Made by a program: the position numbers and the translations under genes. The notes below the pieces were generated by a model. That model did no database searches. It was not told the origin of the DNA and saw nothing but the letters and a program-made list of their open reading frames with translations. From a virus (lineage: Duplodnaviria > Heunggongvirae > Uroviricota > Caudoviricetes), in IMG/VR virus record IMGVR_UViG_3300029705_000054, positions 65,687 through 129,686 of that record: a stretch of DNA of 64,000 bases, one strand, 5' to 3'. Positions 10,337-21,540 of this stretch are shown piece after piece (the first letter of the stretch is position 1; every line of letters begins with the position of its first letter).

Positions 10337-10636
10337 ATGAAACCATATATAGAAGCAGAATTACACGATCTAATTGAGAACATAAAAGCAACGACTGATG
10401 TAAGAGAGCTATCTTTTGAAGAATTGTATCTTTTATTCAGACAAAAAATAAAAGAAAAACAGATACCTGTAGAAGTATACTACGACCCAGAGAGGCTAGA
10501 TCCCAATTCTCTTTGGATACTTGGCGTAAGCGAACTTCAAAAGCCAATAAAAATCGCTTTCATTGGCGATCCGCCGCTAATAGATCTAAATAACTTTGAA
10601 ATAGGAGCATGGAAAATAAATGACAGAAAAATATGA
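10337..10636 (+). CDS. hypothetical protein
   Basis: RBS GAGGT before ATG 10337; ends TGA. Confidence 0.55.
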   Translation: MKPYIEAELHDLIENIKATTDVRELSFEELYLLFRQKIKEKQIPVEVYYDPERLDPNSLWILGVSELQKPIKIAFIGDPPLIDLNNFEIGAWKINDRKI

Positions 10637-10856
10637 ACAAGCAATAAAAGAAACTTTTAAGTATCTTGATAAATGTATCGCAGAACAGCGAGCTAAGAAC
10701 TATGCACATATTGGCTTACTTAAAGAAGAGATTATCGAAAGACAAATGAAGAAACGAGGTTTTGATGTTTATTGTTCTTACAGTCAAGATCATAAGATGA
10801 TTAATGTCTTTCCTTGTGAAAACAATTTACCAATTCATATTTGGAGGGAAAAATAA
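10620..10856 (+). CDS. hypothetical protein
   Basis: RBS AGGAG; overlaps upstream ORF; ends TAA. Confidence 0.55.
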   Translation: MTEKYEQAIKETFKYLDKCIAEQRAKNYAHIGLLKEEIIERQMKKRGFDVYCSYSQDHKMINVFPCENNLPIHIWREK

Positions 10857-10857
10857 T

Positions 10858-11049
10858 ATGTTTATTGAAGTAACTCTTTTTCATTCTCAAAATAAAATAA
10901 TGCTAAATACGGCATATATCGAACAATTTGGGCCAAGTCGTGAAATTCTAACTGGCACTGAAATTTGGATAAATGCTGATTCTGATAATGAGCCCTATGA
11001 GGTAAGTGAAAGTTATTTAGATATATGTCGTATGCTTGGTTTAAAATGA
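10858..11049 (+). CDS. small FlbD-like domain protein
   Basis: MFIEVT...IMLNTAYIEQF...TEIWI...YEVSESY resembles the FlbD-type pattern; weak, pattern only. Confidence 0.45.
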   Translation: MFIEVTLFHSQNKIMLNTAYIEQFGPSREILTGTEIWINADSDNEPYEVSESYLDICRMLGLK

Positions 11050-11052
11050 TAA

Positions 11053-11076
11053 AAGCCGTATCAGGTGATACGGCTT
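11053..11076 (+). terminator. intrinsic terminator overlapping the next promoter
   Basis: AAGCCGTATC-AGGT-GATACGGCTT followed by GATTTTTT. Confidence 0.75.
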
Positions 11077-11103
11077 GATTTTTTGTAAAAAATAAGTTAT
11101 AAT
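11075..11103 (+). promoter_or_regulatory. sigma-A-type promoter
   Basis: TTGATT-N17-TATAAT. Confidence 0.75.
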
Positions 11104-11141
11104 TATTATATATAAAAGTATGCGAAAGGAGAATAATAAAT

Positions 11142-11318
11142 ATGTTTAGCACATTAATTGATAAAAAAACAATTCAAGAGGTAAGAGAATTTTTAATAAG
11201 TGAAGATTGTAGATTTGTAGATAATATGAATAGAGCGGGTTTAAGTTTTCCTGCAATGGCGCTTATTATTCAAGCAATAGAAGATAAATGTAACGAGATT
11301 GAAAATGCTTTAGAGTAA
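11142..11318 (+). CDS. small hypothetical protein (58 aa, not in ORF track)
   Basis: RBS AAAGGAG; ATG 11142 to TAA 11318; directly after the promoter. Confidence 0.6.
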   Translation: MFSTLIDKKTIQEVREFLISEDCRFVDNMNRAGLSFPAMALIIQAIEDKCNEIENALE

Positions 11319-11324
11319 AATTAA

Positions 11325-11366
11325 GGTCAAATCTCAATAATTTTATTATCACTTTTTTCTTATATA
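11325..11366 (+). promoter_or_regulatory. bipartite phage promoter-like motif (spacing variant)
   Basis: GGTCAA-N30-TATATA upstream of the GIY-YIG gene. Confidence 0.45.
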
Positions 11367-11396
11367 TATAAGAACAAAGTGAAAGGAGAGCATTTT

Positions 11397-12266
11397 ATGG
11401 CTTATATTTATAAAATTACCAACCAAATAAACAATAAAGTTTATATAGGAGAAACTATTCGAGGGGTTGAGACAAGGTGGAGGGAACATATAAGAAGGGC
11501 TCATTCTAAAGAAGGTGATCATGGATATTATTATCATATTTCTTGTGCTATACGAAAATACGGAGAACAAAATTTTATTATTGAAACGCTAGAGAAATGC
11601 CCTGATGAAATTAGATTTGAGCGAGAAATGTATTATATAGAATATTTTGACAGCACCGACCCTAATAATGGATACAATGCAGTTCTTGGAGGACAAGGGG
11701 CGATTCTATATCCCACTCAGCTTTTTCTTGATGGCTGGAATCAAGGTCTTTTAATTAAAGAAATTGCTGAAAAAATAGGCTGTTCAAAAAAAACTGCCCG
11801 ACTTCGATTAAGAGGAGCAGGAATTTCACGAGAAGAGATAGCCGCAAGATTTGGTTGCGCAGTAGCAAAACGATGTGCTTATCCTGTACTACAGTATGAT
11901 TTAAATGGATATTTTATCCAAGAATGGGAATCAGCCTCAGAGTGCGGCAGGGCTAATGGTTTTCAACAAACAGCAATTAGTTAGGTATGTGCTTAGAAAT
12001 AGAAAAGTGCTTACGGCTTTCTTTGGAAATACAAAGCAGATGAAAGAGATATCCAAGAGTGGGTACAAATTTATTAGAATAAGTTATCTAGTGGACGCCC
12101 TAAGAAAAGAATTCAACAACTCACGTTAGATAATAGCATAATTGCTGAATATGACTCTGGAGCAGATGCAGCTAGAGCTCTAGGATTACAAGATAAAAGT
12201 AATATTTGCGCAGCTGCCAGAAAGCAAAGAAAAGCATATGGATATTATTGGAGGTATATAGAATAA
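11397..12266 (+). CDS. free-standing GIY-YIG homing endonuclease with two NUMOD1-like repeats (4 TAG)
   Basis: MAYIYKITNQINNKVYIGET...GYN; TAG at 11982, 11994, 12000, 12075 within AIS*VCA*K*KSAYGFLWKY; ends TAA just before dnaE. Confidence 0.85.
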
Positions 12267-12269
12267 AAA

Positions 12270-15200
12270 ATGAAACGATGTGAAATTCATACTCATAGTG
12301 ATTATAGTAATATTAGATTGTTAGATAGCGTAAACACTGTACAACGTCTTATAGATAAGGCAGTAGAAATAGGACTTCAAGGAATTGCTATTACAGACCA
12401 TGAAACTTTAGCTGGACTACCAGAGGCTAATTTTTATGCAGAAGAAATTCAAAAAAAATATCCTGATTTTAAAGTTATTTTAGGCAACGAGATTTATTTA
12501 TGCAATACTAGAGAAACTGGACAAAAATATTGGCATTTTATCTTATTGGCGAAAAATTTTAATGGATGGCGCGCATTAAGAGAGTTATCATCGCGCGCTT
12601 GGCTCAATAGCTATTGGGATCGCGGCATGGAAAGAGTAGTAACTCTTAAATCAGATCTCGAAGAAATTGTAAACAAATATCCAAATTCACTTATAGCAAC
12701 AACCGCTTGTCTCGGCGGAGAATTATCAACAGCAGTCGCAAATATGGTAAGTGCAGAAGCTATGTTTGATATGGATACAAGACAGCGAGAGTATAATCAT
12801 ATCATTGATTTTATCTCTTGGTGTAAGAATCTTTTTGGAAACGACTTTTATTTAGAGTGCGCGCCCGCCGCTTCAAGAGATCAGATAGTGGTTAATAAAA
12901 AGCTGCGTCAAATCTCTGATGCAATGCAGATTCCAATGGTAATTGGCAGCGACGCACATTATCTCTCAAAGAAGGATAGATATGTTCATAAAGCGTATCT
13001 TAATTCAAAAGGCGGCGAGAGAGAAGTAGATAGCTTCTATGAATATTCTTATCTTCAAACTGAAGACGAGATTTTTGAAAACTTACGAAAATCTTTCAAT
13101 GATGATAATTATATTAGCAATTTATTTGAAAATAGCTTATCTATCTATGATAAAATTGAAAATTACAGTATTCGACATAAGCAAAGAATTCCTAAAGTTG
13201 AAGTAAAAGAGTATCCGCAAGTTGATTTAACAAAATCTGGTAATGACGATGAATATTTTATCGGTACACATTACCCTACTTTGAATAGTCTATTTAATTC
13301 TGAAAATAAGGTGGAACGATATTGGGTAAATCAATGTTTTGAAAGTTTGGCAAATAAAAAGAAAGCTACCAGTTATGATTTAATCGTTGAATTTTCTCAA
13401 TATCTCGACAGACTTGAAGAAGAAGCAGATATCAAGAGAACGATTAGTGAAAAATTGGAAACAAATATGTTTGCATATCCTGTCACTCTTCAGCATTATA
13501 TTGATCTCTTTTGGGAATGCGGTTCTATGGTTGGCGCCGGTCGTGGTTCAAGCTGCTCAGGCCTAAACCATTATCTCCTTGGAGTTACCCAGCTTGATCC
13601 TATAGAGTGGGATCTTCCCTTCTGGCGCTACCTCAATAAGGAAAGAGTAGAACTCGGTGATATCGACTTAGACCTTTGTCCAAGTAAAAGACCCTATATT
13701 CTTAAGAAAATTAAAGAAGAACGTGGAGCCAAGTTTAATACAGATATTGATGAACTGTCTCGCGCAAACTTAGGTTGTACTCTTATTGCAACTTTTGGTA
13801 CGGAAACTACAAAGAGCGCAATATTGACCGCTTGCCGCGGCTATCGTAGTGAAGAATATCCGGACGGTATTGATGTTGATATGGCGCAGTATCTTACTTC
13901 TCTTGTTCCGCAAGAGCGTGGTTTCTTATGGAGTATCAATGATGTTGTTAATGGTAACCCAGATAAAGATCGTAAACCAGTAGCGTCATTCGTTCGAGAA
14001 GTAAATCATTATCCTGGACTTTTGGAAATTATGACTTCGATTGAAGGTCTTAAGAACAAGCGCTCATCTCACGCATCTGGAGTAATTTTATTTGATGAAG
14101 ATCCATATGAGTTTGGCGCATTCATGAGAACTCCAAAAGGTGAAGTTATAACGCAATTTGATCTTCACACTTGTGAGGCACTTGGAATGGTGAAATATGA
14201 CTTCCTTGTAACAGAAGTACAAGACAAACTCGTAGAGACTATTAATATGCTGCAAGAGACTGGCGAATTAGAGTCAGATATGACCTTGCGCCAGATATAT
14301 GATAAATATTTTCATCCGAATGTTCTTCCTATTGAAGAAGAAAAGTATTGGAAACCTATTCAAGATGTTGCAGTATTAGGTCTTTTCCAGTTTGACTCAG
14401 ATGTGGGCGCCCAAGCGGCTAAAAAGATTCGTCCATCAAGTATCCTTGAGCTGGCGGACGCCAATGGTTTAATGCGCCTTATGACAAATGAAAAAGGTCA
14501 GGAAACCCCAATGGAAAAGTATGTTCGTTTTAAGAATAATATTAACCTTTGGTATAAAGAAATGGATGAATTTGGCTTAACCAAAGAGGAGCAAGAGGTA
14601 TTAAAACCTTACTTCTTAAAGTCTCACGGTGTTCCACCTTCTCAGGAGCAGATGATGCAGATGTTGATGGATCCCAAGATTTGTGGGTTTAGCCTTGCAG
14701 ATGCCAACGCCGCCAGAAAAATTGTCGGAAAAAAGCAAATGTCTAAGATTCCTGCTTTACAACAACAAGTTCTTGATCAGGCTAGCTCTCCATGCATGGG
14801 TCACTATGTATGGAAACATGGAATTGGACCCCAGATGGGTTATTCCTTCTCCATAATCCATGCTCTAGCCTATTCATTTATAGGATTCCAGACTGCGTAT
14901 GCTGCGACTAGATGGAATCCAATTTATTGGAATACCGCAAATCTAATTGTTAATAGTGGCTCACTTGAAGGCTATGACAATGAAGATGACGATGAAGAGG
15001 CAAAAGATAAACAGACTGATTATACAAAACTTGCTCGTGCTTTAGGAGATATTATTTCCGCTGGTATTAATGTATCTTTAGTTGATATAAACAAATCTCA
15101 ATTCAGCTTTAAGCCTGACGTAGAAAATAATCAAATCCTCTTTGGTATGAAAGCATTAAGCGGAATCAATAGCGAAGTTATTGAGCAGATAATTTGCGGC

Positions 15201-16244
15201 AGACCGTATGCTAATATCGCCGATTTTATGGAGCGCTGTCCTCTTAATAAAACACAGATGATTTCTCTTATCAAGGCGGGCGCCTTTGATAAGCTTGAAG
15301 CAGAATGGGGTAAAGAGTTAAATATCCATCCTCGTTTCGTAGCTATGGCATATTATTTATCAAAAGCTTGTGAGCCTAAAAGTAAACTAACTTTGCAGAA
15401 CTTTAACGGACTTATTCAGCGTGGTCTGGTTCCAGAGTCACTTGACTTTGAGCGCAGAGTTTTTGAGTTTAATAAATATCTCAAAGCAAATACAAAAGTT
15501 GGAAAATACTTTGTATTTGATGAACCTTGTGATAAATTCTATAAAGGTCACTTTGATATTGAAAAACTTGAAGTTATCAATGGATTAACTTGTATTCAAC
15601 AAAAGACTTGGGACGGTATTTATCAGAAACAGATGGATGGCGCCCGTGATTGGTTGAAGGAGAATCAGAGTGAGGTTTTGCGCCAACTCAATACACAGCT
15701 CTTTATGGATACTTGGAATAAATATGCTCAAGGATCTTTATCCTCTTGGGAAATGGAGTCTCTATGTTTCTATTATCACGAGCATGAGTTAGCAAATGTT
15801 GACACCTATAAGTATGGTATTTCAAACTTCTTTGCGCTTCCAGAAGAGCCCGAGGTTGACTACTATTTCAAGCGCAATGGTCAACAGATTCCGATTTGGA
15901 AAACGCATAAGATTATCGGAACTGTAATCGCAAAAAATGATAATAAAGCATCTATTACTCTATTAACTCCAAGCGGTGTTGTCACTGTTAAGTTTACGAA
16001 GGAATATTATGCGCAGTACAAGAAACAATTGTCGGAGCTTCAGGATGATGGATCTAAGAAGATAACAGAAAAGGGCTGGTTTAAGAGAGGAACGATGCTA
16101 CTTTTAACTGGCTATAAACGTGGTGACCAGTTCGTAACCAAGACCTATAAGCATACCCCGACGCACCAAATCTATAAAATATCATTGCTTAATAACGGAC
16201 GCGATATGGAACTAGTTCATGAAAGAAAGGATATGGAAGAATGA
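12270..16244 (+). CDS. dnaE: DNA polymerase III alpha subunit (family C, PHP domain)
   Basis: HTHSDYS, AITDH, HFILLAKN, GRGSS, DIDLD, KYDFL; 1324 aa with no TAG. Confidence 0.93.
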   Translation: MKRCEIHTHSDYSNIRLLDSVNTVQRLIDKAVEIGLQGIAITDHETLAGLPEANFYAEEIQKKYPDFKVILGNEIYLCNTRETGQKYWHFILLAKNFNGWRALRELSSRAWLNSYWDRGMERVVTLKSDLEEIVNKYPNSLIATTACLGGELSTAVANMVSAEAMFDMDTRQREYNHIIDFISWCKNLFGNDFYLECAPAASRDQIVVNKKLRQISDAMQIPMVIGSDAHYLSKKDRYVHKAYLNSKGGEREVDSFYEYSYLQTEDEIFENLRKSFNDDNYISNLFENSLSIYDKIENYSIRHKQRIPKVEVKEYPQVDLTKSGNDDEYFIGTHYPTLNSLFNSENKVERYWVNQCFESLANKKKATSYDLIVEFSQYLDRLEEEADIKRTISEKLETNMFAYPVTLQHYIDLFWECGSMVGAGRGSSCSGLNHYLLGVTQLDPIEWDLPFWRYLNKERVELGDIDLDLCPSKRPYILKKIKEERGAKFNTDIDELSRANLGCTLIATFGTETTKSAILTACRGYRSEEYPDGIDVDMAQYLTSLVPQERGFLWSINDVVNGNPDKDRKPVASFVREVNHYPGLLEIMTSIEGLKNKRSSHASGVILFDEDPYEFGAFMRTPKGEVITQFDLHTCEALGMVKYDFLVTEVQDKLVETINMLQETGELESDMTLRQIYDKYFHPNVLPIEEEKYWKPIQDVAVLGLFQFDSDVGAQAAKKIRPSSILELADANGLMRLMTNEKGQETPMEKYVRFKNNINLWYKEMDEFGLTKEEQEVLKPYFLKSHGVPPSQEQMMQMLMDPKICGFSLADANAARKIVGKKQMSKIPALQQQVLDQASSPCMGHYVWKHGIGPQMGYSFSIIHALAYSFIGFQTAYAATRWNPIYWNTANLIVNSGSLEGYDNEDDDEEAKDKQTDYTKLARALGDIISAGINVSLVDINKSQFSFKPDVENNQILFGMKALSGINSEVIEQIICGRPYANIADFMERCPLNKTQMISLIKAGAFDKLEAEWGKELNIHPRFVAMAYYLSKACEPKSKLTLQNFNGLIQRGLVPESLDFERRVFEFNKYLKANTKVGKYFVFDEPCDKFYKGHFDIEKLEVINGLTCIQQKTWDGIYQKQMDGARDWLKENQSEVLRQLNTQLFMDTWNKYAQGSLSSWEMESLCFYYHEHELANVDTYKYGISNFFALPEEPEVDYYFKRNGQQIPIWKTHKIIGTVIAKNDNKASITLLTPSGVVTVKFTKEYYAQYKKQLSELQDDGSKKITEKGWFKRGTMLLLTGYKRGDQFVTKTYKHTPTHQIYKISLLNNGRDMELVHERKDMEE

Positions 16245-16408
16245 TTGATATAAAACGGGTAATTACCCCCGATTATGAAAATGCTGGTAATCTCTATAAA
16301 ATAGAGATTACCACAGAATCATTTGAAGATTATAGTGAAGCTTATCAACTACTATTATCTTTACAAGAAATACAAAAAGAAAGAGGTCAAACAAGAATTT
16401 ATGGATAA
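16241..16408 (+). CDS. small hypothetical protein (55 aa, not in ORF track)
   Basis: ATGA overlap with dnaE stop; TAA overlaps the kinase start. Confidence 0.45.
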   Translation: MIDIKRVITPDYENAGNLYKIEITTESFEDYSEAYQLLLSLQEIQKERGQTRIYG

Positions 16409-17030
16409 ACAATATCAAGTAGTGGCGCTTATAGGCAAGGCGGGCGCAGGTAAAGATTTAATTCAGCGAGTTACTTATGAATTACATCCAGATATTTTTC
16501 ATTCAATAGTTAGCTGTACTACGCGCCCGCCGCGAGATAATGAACAAGATGGTATAGATTACCATTACCTTTCTATTGAAGATTTTACTCGTAGAGTTTT
16601 AAATGGGAATCTCTTTGAAGCAACAGAATTTAATGGTTGGTTTTACGGCACTGGTTATGACTCATTAGTAACCGATAAAATTAATATAGGTGTATTTAAC
16701 CCTGCAGGTGTAATTGCTCTTCTTGAGGCGCCTAATATTCAAACCATAGTAATTTATGTGGACGCACCTGATAAAATGCGCTTAATGCGTTATTTACAAC
16801 GCTCTGATAATCCTAATTGTGCAGAAATGTGTCGTCGTTATTTTACAGATGAAACAGATTTTAGCGACCTTGAATTTGAATATTACAGGTTTGCAAATAT
16901 GGATAATAATACCAATCCAGACCTACTTATGAACTATGGTATTACTTTGCCTATTAGTAGAATGTGGTTATCTCTTGGTAAAGATCCGGCTGTTTTTAGT
17001 GAACATTTAAAGTTGATAAAAGCAAAATGA
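16401..17030 (+). CDS. guanylate kinase-like NMP kinase
   Basis: P-loop GKAGAGKD; SCTTRPPRDNEQDGIDYHY; FYGT. Confidence 0.8.
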   Translation: MDKQYQVVALIGKAGAGKDLIQRVTYELHPDIFHSIVSCTTRPPRDNEQDGIDYHYLSIEDFTRRVLNGNLFEATEFNGWFYGTGYDSLVTDKINIGVFNPAGVIALLEAPNIQTIVIYVDAPDKMRLMRYLQRSDNPNCAEMCRRYFTDETDFSDLEFEYYRFANMDNNTNPDLLMNYGITLPISRMWLSLGKDPAVFSEHLKLIKAK

Positions 17031-17070
17031 GGTCAAAAATAATTTAACTAATTATAATAAAAATTATATT
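17031..17070 (+). promoter_or_regulatory. bipartite phage promoter-like motif
   Basis: GGTCAA-N28-TATATT upstream of nrdH. Confidence 0.55.
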
Positions 17071-17105
17071 ATAATGTCAAAATTAAATGAAAAGGAGAAA
17101 ATGAC

Positions 17106-17330
17106 ATGGATATAACTTTATATTCAAAGCCTGGATGCCCCCAGTGCAAAGTGTTAAAAATGAAAATGGATAAAGCTGGTATCAGCTATAAGCATATTGA
17201 AGATGAAGATGCAATTATTGCTCTTGGAGTAAAAGCTGCTCCCGCGCTTCGTATGGATGGTACTATCTATACAGGCCCAGAAGCTATTAAGTGGTTTACT
17301 AATTGGGCAAAGGAGCATGCTAATGGATAA
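17106..17330 (+). CDS. nrdH: NrdH-like glutaredoxin
   Basis: YSKPGCPQCKVLK CxxC motif; upstream of nrdD. Confidence 0.8.
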   Translation: MDITLYSKPGCPQCKVLKMKMDKAGISYKHIEDEDAIIALGVKAAPALRMDGTIYTGPEAIKWFTNWAKEHANG

Positions 17331-17997
17331 TCAATATTGCATTTATTGTTATACCAATAAAATAAATGGCAAAAAATATATTGGTTAGTCTAAAGATATC
17401 ACGCGTCGCTGTCACCCCTCTAACTATACTGGCTGTGTTAAATTTTATCATGCTATTGAAAAATATGGATGGGATAATTTTGAATAGACTATTTTATATG
17501 AGAACTTAACATTACAGGAAGCTAATCAAAAAGAAGAAGAACTTATCACAAAATATGATACTGTGAATAGTGGCTATAATATAAAAAGTGGCGGATTGAA
17601 TAATGAATATTCAAGAGAATCTCGTCAAAAAATGAGTAATAGTTGTAAAACAAAAAGAAAAATTATATGTTTAGAAACACAAAAGGTTTTTGATAGCGCA
17701 AAAGAAATTGAACGATTAAAGGGTTTTGCTAATGCAAATATTATTGCGTGTTGTCGTGGAAAATTACACACTGCATATAAATTTCATTGGACATACTATG
17801 AAGATTATTTATCAAATAATCTTCCTCTATCTGAAGATAAAAGAGTTACTCCAGTTTATTGTGTGGAGCTAAATCAAAACTTTAAATCTCTAGCAGAAGC
17901 AGAGAAAGAGCTTGGCATACATCATGAAAACATATCTCGATGCTGTCAAGGATTTTTACAAACAACAGGAGGATATCATTGGAGATATGGAAGTTAA
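17323..17997 (+). CDS. free-standing GIY-YIG homing endonuclease with NUMOD1-like repeats (2 TAG)
   Basis: YCIYCYTNKINGKKYIG*SKD, with TAG 17386 at the conserved YIGQ position; second TAG 17485; overlaps the nrdD start. Confidence 0.85.
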
Positions 17998-20900
17998 TGT
18001 TAAATTAAAGAAAAATTTTGTTACTGCTTATAACAAAATGCAAGATGAATTTGGAACTGAAATGGCAAAGCTTAATGGATTTGCTGATGAACAATTAAGT
18101 TACACAGATTTTATTAGTTCATTTATCGATACCAAAGTCGTAGCTGACGCGAGTATTGATGGCAATAGTAATGTTAGTAAAAAAGATATTGTAACTCTCT
18201 TAAACGAAATGCCAAAACCTCATAGAAAATTATTAGCTTATAATAAAATTCATTATGAGATGCAAAAACATTTTGGTTTTAAACGTGCAAATGAGTGGTT
18301 GCGCGCCGAATGGATTGGTCAGCTCTACATGCATGATGCTGATACCTCGACCTTTAAACATTACTGCTATAAGGGTGAAGAACTTGTAACAGTAAGAGAC
18401 AAGGTGCATCGTGAATACACTTTTGCACTTAAGAATTTGTATGAAAATATTTTGTATATGGATACAGAAGCAGAAGAAAAATATGATGTATCTATTGAAC
18501 AAAATGCACTTTTCCCGAAAAATATCGAGATACTTGATATTAATGAAGAAACTGGAGAAAAATGTTGGACTAAGATTACTCGCGCAGTTAAACACACAAA
18601 TAATAAACCTATGCGTTTTATCAAGTTAGCAAATGGTTTATCACAAATTGTAACAGAAGATCACCCTATTATTACCGATTGTGGAGATATTCCTGCAAAG
18701 GATGTAACTAGTGAGTATCGAGTCTTTACAATACAGCCTAATAAATATTCTGAAAGTCATCAAGAAATTGTATATCAAATTCCTTATAATAGAGAGACAG
18801 GATGGATATTAGGTATGGCTCTTTCCGAAGGAAATAGTCTGAATAGTCAATTTGTAATTGCTCAAAAACTAGATTCTCCTCAAGCTGAAAAATTAAAATA
18901 TATCTGTGACCAATATGATATTCCATATTCAGAAAGTGGAGATAGAAAAATTTATTTAAAGGTTAGTCCTTTTGAAGAATGGTTAAATTCACTATTAAAA
19001 GGTCAGACTTCTGCAACTAAGCAGTTACCATCATATTTCATGACTTATCCTTCTGAATTTATGGATGGAATTATTGCGGGAATGATCGATGGCGATGGTA
19101 CTATTGATGGATATAAAAATAGACATTGTCATATCCGTATTGCCTCAGAAACGCTATGCCATCAATTGAGTATGTATTTACATTCCAAAGGGGTTTTTGC
19201 AGGAGATCGCACTCCATTTAGATATAATCGAGCTGGAAGCTTCGAACAAAAGTTACCAATGTTTGGGATTGGCTTCACTTTAACGAACGAAGAATATTTT
19301 TCTCGTATTGGAAGTATTAAAATTGCTGAAAAATATATTCCTTTAACTCGTAAAGGTAATTTTAAAAACAAGCAATATGAATATAACTATGGATGGGTCT
19401 CAGTTATTGATAACTCAGAGTATATTGATGAATGCCCTGAGGTATATGACTTAACAACAAAAACAGGTCATTTTATTTGCAACAACATTCTATCTCATAA
19501 TTGTTTTGCTTATGACCTGAAAGACCTGGCTGAAAAAGGACTATATTTTATTGGCGCACCTTTTAATCCTGAGCCTGCTTAGCATTTAACTACTTTTGTT
19601 GATTTTGTTAAAGAGTTTATTAGCTATGCTTCTAATCGTTCCTCCGGCGCCGTAGGACTTCCTAATCTCATCCCTTATATGTATTACTTTTGGCATAAGG
19701 ATATGGAAGAAGACTATCTCGGTATCAAGAGTAGCGGAAATGGAGAGAAATATGCACGTCAAAACTTCCAGCGTTTTGTATACGCAGTGAATCAACCTTA
19801 TGTCCGCGATGGGTCGCAATCTGCATTTACTAATACCAGTGTATTTGATCGTCCTTACTACGAAGCTTTATTTGGCGGCAGTGAGTTCCCTAATGGAGAA
19901 TTTATGATTGACTATGAAGAAGAAATTATTGAATTCCAAAAATGGTATATGGAAACCGTTGCTGATATCAGGGACAAGAATATGTTTACTTTTCCAGTAC
20001 TTTCAATCTCTCTACTAAAACAAGAAGGTAAATTCCAAGATGAAGATTTTGCGCGCTGGGCAGTTAAACACAATATGCGCTGGTCTGACAGTAACCTATT
20101 TATTGATGATTCAGTAACTTCACTTTCTAACTGTTGTCGTTTGAAGAGTGATATTAAAGACCTAGGTTATTTTAATAGTATCGGAGGTACCGCACTAAAA
20201 GTCGGTTCAGTTAAAGTCTCTACAATCAACCTCGCGCGCCTCGCTCTTGATAGTGCTAATGAATTTGAATATCTATGTGGATTGAAGAAGTTGACACTTT
20301 TGAATCTTCAAGCACTACATTGTGTACGTAATATTATTCGTCGTAATGTTGAAAAAGGACTATTACCTAATTTTTCTAATGGGTTAGTCGACTTTGAACA
20401 TCTTTATAATACTATTGGTTTTATCGGAGTATATGAAACAATGAAGCGTTTTGGCTATACTCGTACAGATGAATTTGGCAATGTTTACTATACAGAAAAT
20501 GCTTCGTCGCTTGGTAAAAGAATCTTTGAGACTATACGTCAAACGGCAGATGAATTTATTGCAGAGGTAGGCGCCGATTATCACGTTAATACTGAATAGA
20601 TCCCCGGAGAGTCGGCTGCCGCAAAGCTAATGAAAAAAGACAAATTCTTTTATCCGGAAGCGAGCATCTTTGACTTACCGCTTTATGGTAATCAATTTAT
20701 TCCGCTTGGTATACAAACAACCCTTGCCGAGCGCGTACGTATCGCCGCAGAGTTTGATGGATATTGCAATGGAGGTTCGATCCTACACGCCAATATCGAT
20801 GCCCCATTTGATAGTTTTGATAAGGCTTGGGATATGGTTAATTATATCTCTGATGCAGGAGTAACATATTTTGCTTTTAATACCAAGATTCAAGCTTGTG

Positions 20901-21061
20901 ATAATAACCATGCCTTCTATGGACGCACTTGTCCAGTATGTGGTCGACCAGTTGAAACAGAATATACTCGTATCGTTGGCTTTTACACCCCTATAAAGAC
21001 GTGGTCAAAAGAAAGAACTAATGAATATAAAATGAGAAAATGGGAGCCTATTAATAAATGA
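17987..21061 (+). CDS. nrdD: anaerobic ribonucleoside-triphosphate reductase (class III) with intein and 2 TAG
   Basis: ORFs 17912-19582, 19679-20599 and 20630-21061 are one frame joined by TAG (EPA*HLTTF at 19580; NTE*IPGES at 20597); glycyl-radical loop TRIVGF; CxxC...CPVCG. Confidence 0.9.
18365..19501 (+). mobile_element. intein with LAGLIDADG endonuclease in nrdD (379 aa)
   Basis: Starts CYKGEELV, ends ILSHN before +1 Cys (CFAYDL); TEDHP block B; LGMALSEGN and AGMIDGDG motifs. Confidence 0.9.
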
Positions 21062-21540
21062 AAATAAAAGGAATTATATTTGAAGATTTTGTAAATTATA
21101 AAGTTCCTTGTATGACAATAGAAACGCCTATTTGTAAAGGTTTTAAATGCGATCGTGAATGCGGCCAACCAGTGTGTCAAAATAGCGCACTGGTGGCCGC
21201 ACCTGATAAAGAAATTGCTAACACTTCAATAGTACAAGCTTATAGAAACAACCCTATCGCGCGCGCGATATGCTTCCAAGGTCTAGAACCTTTTGATACA
21301 TTTGAAGACCTGTTAAATCTTATCTTTGTTTTTAGAGAATGTTATTCTATAAATGATGATATTATTATCTATACAGGTTATAATAAAGATGAGATTGAAA
21401 ATGAATTAATTCAATTAAAACAATTTTCAAACATCATAATAAAATTTGGGCGCTATATTCCAAATACTGAGTCACATTATGATGAAATACTTGGCGTAAA
21501 ATTGGCTTCTCCCAATCAATACGCAGAAAGGATTAGTTAA
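21058..21540 (+). CDS. nrdG: anaerobic RNR activating enzyme (radical SAM-like)
   Basis: Follows nrdD; Cys cluster ICKGFKCDRECGQPVCQN; GLEPF, IYTGY, KFGRY, LASPNQ. Confidence 0.85.
   Translation: MKIKGIIFEDFVNYKVPCMTIETPICKGFKCDRECGQPVCQNSALVAAPDKEIANTSIVQAYRNNPIARAICFQGLEPFDTFEDLLNLIFVFRECYSINDDIIIYTGYNKDEIENELIQLKQFSNIIIKFGRYIPNTESHYDEILGVKLASPNQYAERIS

Noticed and set aside
16323-16400. Track start of the kinase ORF (similar over-long starts at 1751, 1971, 2555, 6816, 17912, 58665)
   Set aside because: Downstream ATGs with clear RBS or stop-start coupling fit better.
3691-17997. The four + strand endonuclease genes as intron-encoded
   Set aside because: Flanking genes are complete with their own starts and stops, and I found no P/Q/R/S motifs around them.
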